Assembly (NCBI RefSeq): GCF_000020025.1 | Contig: NC_010628.1 | Span: forward strand, 4,080,001-4,112,000 | Length of the DNA: 32,000 bases | Direction of reading: 5' to 3' | Source: Nostoc punctiforme PCC 73102 | GTDB taxonomy: Bacteria; Cyanobacteriota; Cyanobacteriia; Cyanobacteriales; Nostocaceae | Shown here: piece by piece, positions 19,215-26,663 of the stretch | Layout: every line of letters begins with the position of its first letter | Position numbering within the stretch: the stretch's first letter is position 1 | Program-made: the position numbers and the translations under genes | Notes under the pieces: generated by a model | The model's input: only the letters and a program-made list of their open reading frames with translations | What the model was told of the DNA's origin: nothing | Databases searched by the model: none

Positions 19215-19808
19215 ATGGAAATCTTGAACTGGGAAAACCGTATTAGAGAATGGAGTCAAAAGCGAATAAAAATATTTCTTGAAGATTACGATGAAGAAGA
19301 TTTATCCCCGGAAGTTCGCAAATCTGGCTACTTAGGTTATCCTGGTGCAGCTGAGGAGCAAATAGTTACTACCGAAGCTCGTTTAAATGTAACTTTTACA
19401 CCTTCTTACCGGGAGTTTCTGAAAGCTTCTAATGGGTTACGTTCTATATCAGAATATAGTCTAGAGTTTTGTGGAACTGAAGATATTGTATGGTATGCTC
19501 CTGACCACCAAGATTGGGTAGATGAATTAATGGAAACTTGGAATAAACCAGTAACAGATGAGGAATATTTTGTTTATGGAGACGAACAATCAAATTACAC
19601 ATTTCGTCCAGAGTATCTACAAACATCGTTAGAAATTAGCAGTGAAGATATGGGCTATATATTTTTACTTAATCCTCAAATAATTGTCATAGATAATGAG
19701 TGGGAAGCTTGGTATTGCAATTTTTCAAGTTCATTTGGCATATATAGGTATCGTTCTTTTAGTGAAATGATGGAGGAAATATTAAACGATCCAGAATTTC
19801 TTGGATAG
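19215..19808 (+). CDS. SMI1/KNR4 (SUKH superfamily) immunity-like protein
   Basis: 197 aa. YPGAAEEQIVTTEARLNVTFTPSYREFLKASNGL is the classic SMI1_KNR4 opening motif. Acidic, W/Y-rich C-terminal half. Confidence 0.75.
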   Translation: MEILNWENRIREWSQKRIKIFLEDYDEEDLSPEVRKSGYLGYPGAAEEQIVTTEARLNVTFTPSYREFLKASNGLRSISEYSLEFCGTEDIVWYAPDHQDWVDELMETWNKPVTDEEYFVYGDEQSNYTFRPEYLQTSLEISSEDMGYIFLLNPQIIVIDNEWEAWYCNFSSSFGIYRYRSFSEMMEEILNDPEFLG

Positions 19809-19925
19809 ATTGGAATCTTCAATAATTTTGAATATCTGGTTTTCCTAAAATGGTAAATATTCAAAATGCTAAATATTATGATATTCAATAGCCTAAAATA
19901 TCCTAGGAAAAACGCAAAATCTAAC

Positions 19926-19988
19926 TTGCTAGACTTTATAGAGATGGTTTGCAGGGCAAAAAATCCTCTTTGTGATGCTTGTGACAAG
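19926..19988 (+). pseudogene. Possible remnant of an endonuclease III/HhH-GPD glycosylase C-terminus
   Basis: LLDFIEMVCRAKNPLCDACDK matches the Fe-S cluster loop spacing C-X6-C-X2-C and the ARKP-like context. The fourth Cys is absent (Ala) and nothing upstream is homologous. Confidence 0.3.
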
Positions 19989-20010
19989 GTGCTAAGAGCA
20001 TCTACGCAAT

Positions 20011-20649
20011 CTACAAAAACAGAGATTGAACAGTCAGATCCTTCTGGGTGATGCTAAAGTTACGCAGTTCTGCTATTGCAATGAATGAAACGATCGCTTC
20101 ACACGCCACAGCAACGGTTAACATCACCAGGTTTCGTGCCAACGGATAATCACAGACGTCATCATTAACCTCGGAAGGAACGCGATAAAATTCATTCCAA
20201 ATCACTTCTCCATAATCAGTCGATAGTCCAGCATGAAGACAAGGAATGCTTAACTGTTGAGCATAATCTTTCACTGCTTGACGTGCCACACTATTATCGA
20301 AGACATCGACAATTAGCTGGCTGTCTTTGAGTAGTTGAGTTGCATTTGCTGGTGTTAACTCCTTTGTTTTGGCATCAACTTTAGTACCAATAGCTCTATA
20401 TAAATTATTCGCCAAAATCTTCGCCTTAAATGCTCCAACATCAGGACGGTAGTAAGGCTGAGTGGAAAGATTGCGCTCCTCAATGCGATCGCGATCTATC
20501 ACTGTAAGTTTATCAAAACCAGACCGAGCTAAGTTTTCCGCAATGTTAGCTCCTAATGCTCCAGCGCCACAAATGATTATAGGATAATTTTTTAGCTTTG
20601 CCATCACAGCCTTGGTGCGGTAAAGCTGTTCGTGAAAAAAGATACTCAT
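20011..20649 (-). CDS. ThiF/MoeB/HesA-family E1-like adenylyltransferase (minimal, 212 aa)
   Basis: Rossmann nucleotide motif ICGAGALGANIAENLARSG, then VIDRDRIEERNLSTQ, typical of the E1-like adenylation domain. No rhodanese, Cys-rich or peptide-clamp extension. Lies 21 nt downstream of the preceding ORF on the same strand. Confidence 0.85.
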   Translation of the reverse strand: MSIFFHEQLYRTKAVMAKLKNYPIIICGAGALGANIAENLARSGFDKLTVIDRDRIEERNLSTQPYYRPDVGAFKAKILANNLYRAIGTKVDAKTKELTPANATQLLKDSQLIVDVFDNSVARQAVKDYAQQLSIPCLHAGLSTDYGEVIWNEFYRVPSEVNDDVCDYPLARNLVMLTVAVACEAIVSFIAIAELRNFSITQKDLTVQSLFL

Positions 20650-20670
20650 AATAATTCGTAATTAATACAC

Positions 20671-21504
20671 TCACCACTCTTGTTTTTCCATGACACCCAC
20701 TAAGGATTGCAAGTCAAAATCGCGATCGCGTCCACTCAGACAGATGCCAGAACTAACAACAGTCAAGTCAGTTTTAGCGATCGCACTACTATGGCGAACA
20801 CCATCAGCAGTTGTCCAATCGACTGTCCAGTAGTCGCTGCGATCGTGGAATTGAGTTAAGGTAGCGCCACCCATTTGCAATGCCTTTCTCAATCGCTTTT
20901 CATCCTGTTGGGATTGAGTAAATCCCTCAATGCGCCGAGTTGCTAATTCATACACTGTGAGGATTTCTGGAGTCATACCTTTAAACTGTAATTCCTCAGC
21001 ATGAATGAGTTGCTTAACAGCAGATTGCAGAGTTTCAACAATTACTGGATCGGTACGGCGATCGATTTCCTCGAACCAAGATGAATGCCCATTCCAACGG
21101 ACAATAATTTGCTCAAAGGTAACGCCCTCGGTAACTAAGTGAACTGCGAGCGGCTTAACTATCTTTAACCGTTGATGCATATCTACTTCATTTACAGGAT
21201 ATGCTAACCAAGTTTGTCCCCGCAGTTGGTGTGCTAACCGCAGCCGTATTTGGGAAAAGTGTTGCAGGTATTCCACAATTTGGGGTAAGTCTGCTTCTTC
21301 TACAACCGTTGCTGTTTTTTCATCCACAGCCTGAAAGATGCCCCAACCTTCAAATTTACTAGGCTTTGGCGTGAAAGTGTAGCTCATCCCAGCTACCCGT
21401 GTGCGAACTCGTCCACCTTTGACGCAGGGCGCAAGGAATTGGGTAGTATGTAACTGTGCTTCTGCGATCGCAATTTGGTTGATTAGCTTAAATATGTTAG
21501 CCAT
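20671..21504 (-). CDS. Unknown-function protein (277 aa from ATG 21504), co-oriented partner of the ThiF-like gene
   Basis: Long ORF with coding-like composition that carries HIP1 sites. No catalytic motif recognised: no JAB HxH, no clear E2 HPN, no C-terminal GG. The track start at 21516 is a TTG; ATG at 21504 gives MANIFKLINQ. Confidence 0.75.
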   Translation of the reverse strand: MANIFKLINQIAIAEAQLHTTQFLAPCVKGGRVRTRVAGMSYTFTPKPSKFEGWGIFQAVDEKTATVVEEADLPQIVEYLQHFSQIRLRLAHQLRGQTWLAYPVNEVDMHQRLKIVKPLAVHLVTEGVTFEQIIVRWNGHSSWFEEIDRRTDPVIVETLQSAVKQLIHAEELQFKGMTPEILTVYELATRRIEGFTQSQQDEKRLRKALQMGGATLTQFHDRSDYWTVDWTTADGVRHSSAIAKTDLTVVSSGICLSGRDRDFDLQSLVGVMEKQEW

Positions 21505-21522
21505 AACTAATACCAATTTTTT

Positions 21523-21545
21523 AAAACAAGGTTACAGATGCAACC
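21523..21545 (-). terminator. Weak terminator/attenuator-like hairpin in the leader
   Basis: The minus strand reads GGUUGC-AUCU-GUAACC followed by UUGUUUU, ~20 nt upstream of ATG 21504 and ~55 nt downstream of the structured RNA. Confidence 0.35.
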
Positions 21546-21600
21546 ATATAAAATCTGACTTTCTTAATTACCAATTACGAATTACGAATTAATATAATTC

Positions 21601-21804
21601 TGCGTGCAAGTTGGTGGAGCATTACGTGTTCTCAGTTACTAGAGGGACTCCGCTGGTGAGTTGTTACACACTCTTTCAAGGATGGCTACTTTTAAGCCTA
21701 CCTCCCAGGTTCTTCGTACTCCCCATTCACACACGCCCACTGCATTTGGCAGTGTTACCTTTCCTCTCGTACTAGTATGTAGGCTCCACGAGTTGGGGCA
21801 CGCA
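21601..21804 (-). ncRNA. Structured RNA candidate carrying a sarcin-ricin-loop core and a 23S GTPase-associated-centre (H42-H44) look-alike
   Basis: On the minus strand, AGUACGAGAGGA lies at 21773..21762. A 58-nt segment at 21709..21652 aligns without gaps to E. coli 23S 1051-1108 (recalled): 41/58 identical by hand count, with three compensatory base-pair changes. All helices nest inside a closing stem (21804..21783 paired with 21620..21601). Confidence 0.55.
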
Positions 21805-21819
21805 AAAACTATATGTTAC

Positions 21820-21848
21820 ATTGTACTACAGAAACTCGCAAATGTAAA
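21820..21848 (-). promoter_or_regulatory. Sigma-70-type promoter candidate for the structured RNA/operon
   Basis: The minus strand reads TTTACA (21848..21843), a 17-nt spacer, then TACAAT (21825..21820). The predicted start at ~21812-21814 is about 10 nt before the first helix. Confidence 0.45.
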
Positions 21849-21904
21849 TCTAGAATAGTTATTGCAATTCACATTAATCCTGAAAAGGAAAAACTTTGTA
21901 AGCA

Positions 21905-22098
21905 ATGAAGCCTGATGGTAAAATCATTATTTTAGATTGGTGTAGAGATTATTTATCTGTAAAATATTTGATTTAGCACTTAAAATTTTTGATCCGGCTC
22001 ATAAGCAGTGTTACACAAAAAATGAGTTTTACCGATTGCTTAAAGATGAAAACTTTGTGGTCTGTCGTGCGACCAAAATTTGTTTTAGTATTATGTAG
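21905..22098 (+). pseudogene. C-terminal remnant of a class I SAM-dependent methyltransferase with an in-frame TAG
   Basis: Hand translation: MKPDGKIIILDWCRDYLSVKYLI-TAG(21974..21976)-HLKIFDPAHKQCYTKNEFYRLLKDENFVVCRATKICFSIM. The LKPGG-like post-I/II region is present but the SAM-binding N-terminal half is absent. Confidence 0.5.
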
Positions 22099-22200
22099 AG
22101 ATTGATTTAAACTACAGCAAAACTCAAAACTTAAATCAATTTTTTGTCACAAAAATTTACCATAAAATTTGACATTTTGTCATTAAAATGACTAGTAAAT

Positions 22201-22974
22201 ATGATTCAACTCGATCGTCTAAGTATGACTTATAAAGGCGGAGTTATAGGGATTAAACCTATTTCTCTGAGCTTTATCAAAGGGCAATTCACTGTTATTT
22301 TGGGAGCATCTGGTTCTGGTAAATCAACTTTACTGCGCTGTCTTAACTATCTTAATCGCCCCACAACTGGTACTGTGATAGTTGAAGGATTGGGAAATCT
22401 ACATAACCGTAAGGTGTTGTATGAACATCGCAAGCGCACAGGGATGATTTTTCAGCAGCATCAACTTATTAGTCGGCAAACAGCTCTTGGGAATGTATTG
22501 GTAGGTCGTTTAGCGTACCATTCAACACTCCGAAGTTTCTTTCCTTTGCCCAAAGCAGATCAGTATATTGCCTTAGAATGTTTAGACCGGGTTGGGCTTT
22601 TGCATAAAGCTTTAACACGAGTGGATACTCTTAGCGGAGGTCAACAGCAACGGGTTGGTATCGCACGCGCCTTAGCACAAAAACCACAATTGATTTTGGC
22701 CGATGAGCCTGTTGCTAGTCTCGATCCTACTAGCACTCACAAAGTCCTCTCATTTCTGCGTCAGACTTGTCAAGAAGATGGAATTTCCGCAATCCTCAGT
22801 CTGCACCAGATCGATCTCGCAAGAATTTACGCGGATCGAATTATTGGGTTATCTCAGGGAAAGGTTGTCTTAGATGGTAAGCCAGCAGATATCAGTGCCT
22901 ACGAATTAAAGCAACTTTATAGTGACAAAGATAGTCCTGATGATGAAGGCTTTCAGGAAAGCATTAATTCCTAA
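22201..22974 (+). CDS. ptxA: Phosphite/phosphonate ABC transporter ATP-binding protein
   Basis: 257 aa. Walker A GASGSGKST, signature LSGGQQQRV and Walker B LILADEP. PhnC-type; first gene of a phnCDE-like set that ends with ptxD. Confidence 0.85.
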   Translation: MIQLDRLSMTYKGGVIGIKPISLSFIKGQFTVILGASGSGKSTLLRCLNYLNRPTTGTVIVEGLGNLHNRKVLYEHRKRTGMIFQQHQLISRQTALGNVLVGRLAYHSTLRSFFPLPKADQYIALECLDRVGLLHKALTRVDTLSGGQQQRVGIARALAQKPQLILADEPVASLDPTSTHKVLSFLRQTCQEDGISAILSLHQIDLARIYADRIIGLSQGKVVLDGKPADISAYELKQLYSDKDSPDDEGFQESINS

Positions 22975-23006
22975 TGGCTAAATTTACTGTACTGTTTTTA
23001 TATTAA

Positions 23007-23957
<951 letters not shown>

Positions 23958-24101
23958 TTTATAAGAAGAATTCAGAATTCAGGTGGTCACTGAGCTTAGT
24001 CGAAGTGAATCAGAATTCAGTATGAATTCTGTTTTTACTTAGCATTTTGCTCTATCCCTTTAGTAGAGTATTCTGAATTCTGTATTCTGACTCCTAATAT
24101 T

Positions 24102-24935
24102 TTGAATTTGGAGCGAAGCGACGTGACACTTCCTAATCCTCAACCAGCTTTCGATCGGCTACTGAAACAACAACGGCGGCAATGGTATCGAACAATAGTA
24201 ACCTGGGCGATCGCACTTTTGGCTATAGCTATATGTTGCTTTCTGGTTGGGCTTTGGGACGAGAAACGGCTTTCGGATGGGATTCCCAGTATCTTAAACT
24301 TGCTGCATCAAATGCTGCCTCCAGATTTTAGCGATGCCCGAAACTGGGTCAAACCTTTATTTGATACGCTGGCGATGAGCGTTGCAGGCACTGCGATCGC
24401 TATTGTCTTCTCGATGCCTCTATCTTTATTAGCGGCTCGGAATACAACTCCCCATCCCTTGCTATTTCAAGTTTCACGGCTGATTCTCAACGGCTTGCGC
24501 TCTGTGCCAGAGCTAATTATGGGCATTATCTTTGTGGCAGCTGTTGGCTTTGGGGCATTACCCGGAACCTTGGCGGTGGGATTTCACTCGATTGGCATGG
24601 TCGGCAAATTCTTTGCAGAATATATCGAACTGGTCAACGAAGCACCGCTAGAAGCAGCAAGAGCGGCTGGAGCCAACAAGGTGCAAGTAATCTATCACGG
24701 AATTTTACCGCAGGTTTTACCGCAAATGATGGATCTGACCCTTTATCGATGGGAATATAACTTTCGTGCCTCCACGGTTATGGGAGCAGTAGGGGCTGGT
24801 GGCATTGGGTTTGAGCTAATTGGCGCACTTCGCCTGATCAATTATCGGGAAGTTTTAGCAGTGCTACTAGTAATTTTGTTTATGGTAATTCTGGTTGATG
24901 GTTTTAGTAGTTATCTTAGAAAACGTTTAGTTTAG
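24102..24935 (+). CDS. ptxC: Phosphite/phosphonate ABC transporter permease
   Basis: 277 aa, PhnE-type permease with multiple TM helices and an EAA-like loop (EAARAAGANKVQVIYHGILPQV). The start is a TTG in the track and its exact position is uncertain. Confidence 0.85.
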   Translation: MNLERSDVTLPNPQPAFDRLLKQQRRQWYRTIVTWAIALLAIAICCFLVGLWDEKRLSDGIPSILNLLHQMLPPDFSDARNWVKPLFDTLAMSVAGTAIAIVFSMPLSLLAARNTTPHPLLFQVSRLILNGLRSVPELIMGIIFVAAVGFGALPGTLAVGFHSIGMVGKFFAEYIELVNEAPLEAARAAGANKVQVIYHGILPQVLPQMMDLTLYRWEYNFRASTVMGAVGAGGIGFELIGALRLINYREVLAVLLVILFMVILVDGFSSYLRKRLV

Positions 24936-24995
24936 TACAGCACGACATAAATAAACCACCCATCCCCGATCAACAACACGCTTATACTGTATTCA

Positions 24996-25023
24996 TTTTT
25001 AATTTTTAATTTTTAATTTTTAA
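24996..25023. repeat. Heptamer tandem repeat (TTTTTAA x4)
   Basis: Four perfect 7-mers in the ptxC-ptxD spacer, just upstream of the AGGAGG ribosome-binding site of ptxD. Confidence 0.7.
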
Positions 25024-25052
25024 TTCCGCCTTGCGGTACTAGGAGGTTGCTG

Positions 25053-26045
25053 ATGAAACCCAAAGTTGTAATTACCCATTGGGTTCACCCGGAAATTATT
25101 ACAAACTTAAGTGAGTATTGTGAGGTAGTTGCAAATCCCACTAGAGAGACTTTACCGCGTGAAGAAATTCTCAAGTTAGCGCAGGACGCTGAAGCTTTGA
25201 TGGTTTTTATGCCAGATCGAATCGATGAGGCGTTTTTGAAAGCTTGTCCAAAATTAAAGATTATCGCCGGAGCATTGAAAGGTTACGATAACTTTGATGT
25301 TGATGCCTGCACTCGTCAAGGTATTTGGTTCACAATCGTACCTAGTTTATTGGCTGTGCCAACAGCTGAGTTGACCATTGGATTGATTATCGGGTTAGCG
25401 CGCCAGATGTTGCTAGGCGATCGCTTAATTCGTCAAGGCACGTTTGCAGGTTGGCGGCCGCATCTATACGGTATGGGATTAGCAAACCGAACACTGGGAA
25501 TCGTTGGTATGGGCAGTCTAGGGCAAGCCTTGGCTCAACGGCTTTCCAGTTTTGAAATGAACTTGATTTACACCGATGCGATACCTTTACCCAAGGAAAA
25601 AGCAGCAGCTTGGTGCTTGTCACAGGTTTCTCTAGATACGCTATTAGCAACCAGTGATTTTGTTGTGCTGATGGTTCCTCTACAACCAGAAACCTTTCAT
25701 TTGATAAATGAGAAATCTTTAGCACGTATGAAACCAGGGAGTTTCTTAATCAATCCGTGTCGCGGCTCAGTAGTTGATGAACAAGCGGTCAGTGATGCTT
25801 TAGCCTCTGGACATTTAGCGGGTTATGCAGCTGATGTGTTTGAACTGGAAGATTGGGCGCGTAGCGATCGCCCGTCGAAAATTCCTCCATCTCTCTTAGA
25901 GAAACAAGACCAAACGTTTTTTACTCCCCATTTAGGATCTGCGGTGGATGATTTACGATATGACATTGCTATAGAAGCATCTCAAAATATTTTACAAGTC
26001 TTACAAGGTCATTCTCCTCAAGGAGCGATCAATTGTCCAAGTTAA
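25053..26045 (+). CDS. ptxD: Phosphite dehydrogenase (NAD-dependent, D-2-hydroxyacid dehydrogenase family)
   Basis: 330 aa from ATG 25053 (AGGAGG lies 6 nt upstream). Colinear by eye with Pseudomonas stutzeri PtxD as recalled ([34 protein letters not shown]). Catalytic-triad contexts are conserved: [10 protein letters not shown] (Arg), ADVFELEDW (Glu), TPHLGSA (His). Confidence 0.88.
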   Translation: MKPKVVITHWVHPEIITNLSEYCEVVANPTRETLPREEILKLAQDAEALMVFMPDRIDEAFLKACPKLKIIAGALKGYDNFDVDACTRQGIWFTIVPSLLAVPTAELTIGLIIGLARQMLLGDRLIRQGTFAGWRPHLYGMGLANRTLGIVGMGSLGQALAQRLSSFEMNLIYTDAIPLPKEKAAAWCLSQVSLDTLLATSDFVVLMVPLQPETFHLINEKSLARMKPGSFLINPCRGSVVDEQAVSDALASGHLAGYAADVFELEDWARSDRPSKIPPSLLEKQDQTFFTPHLGSAVDDLRYDIAIEASQNILQVLQGHSPQGAINCPS

Positions 26046-26288
26046 AATTAGTCAAAATATCGAAAAAATCATCACATTACATAGAAGCGACGAGAAGGAC
26101 ATACCTCGACATCAGTCTAGACATCTTGCAAAAGTTACTTTTGCAAGATATCGGGGAAAGGGTAAAGGTTAAAGGGTAATATCATATCCGCATAATTAGT
26201 TATGCTAACCACAGTCATTGCACCCCACACGCCAGATGCTCTACTTGGGGAGACCCCAAAACCGTACTGGCTCCCCTTAATCTTGTTT

Positions 26289-26408
26289 CGACTGACAATG
26301 GCATTGCATCGACTGACAATAGCGTTGCATCGACTGACAATGGCATTGCATCGACTGACAATGGCATTGCATTGACTGACAATAGCGTTGCATCGACTGA
26401 CAATGCTA
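26289..26408. repeat. 21-bp tandem repeat array (about 5.7 copies, two alternating variants)
   Basis: Units CGACTGACAATGGCATTGCAT (A) and CGACTGACAATAGCGTTGCAT (B) in order A-B-A-A-B-partial, starting at 26289, 26310, 26331, 26352, 26373 and 26394. There are no spacers, so it is not CRISPR. Confidence 0.85.
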
Positions 26409-26663
26409 TTTCTTTCGTTCCGATACTTTGTATGAGAATGAGTCAAGCCCGATCGAGCTAGGTTTTTAGGATTTGTGTGTACACCGTAGGCTTGCGGGGA
26501 GGGGAGACAAAGCTACGCTTTAGCGGGGGGTGGGGTTCTTCGGGTTTAATAAGCAATCAAGCGGACATGATATAAAAGGAAATTCCATCCCTTTACCCCT
26601 TACCCTTTAACCCACTTCTGCAAGAAGTCTTCTGTAAAAAAGTGGGGAAATCAAATCTGCGTT

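Noticed and set aside
19444-20051. ORFs 19444..19626 (-), 19676..19987 (-) and 19866..20051 (+)
   Set aside because: The first two are antisense to or trail the SUKH gene in AT-rich DNA. The third is kept only as a short possible glycosylase remnant (19926..19988), not as a gene. Its 3' end overlaps the ThiF-like gene.
21661-21858. 65-aa plus-strand ORF across the structured-RNA region; also the idea that this is a genuine 23S rRNA gene
   Set aside because: The ORF has no RBS, has His/Thr/Pro-rich odd composition, and is antisense to a segment better explained by nested RNA helices. It is not a real rrl gene: only ~200 nt are rRNA-like, the SRL precedes the GAC, and no other 23S domains flank it.
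22100-22200. Pho box upstream of ptxA
   Set aside because: I found a single CTTAAATC-like octamer but no tandem array at 11-bp phasing. Only palindromes are reported, as a low-confidence observation.
26135-26446. 103-aa and 62-aa ORFs with heptad repeats (NAIVSRC / LSVDAMP); CRISPR array considered
   Set aside because: The reading frames stay open only because the tandem unit is 21 bp. The units are contiguous with no unique spacers and no cas genes, so this is not CRISPR.
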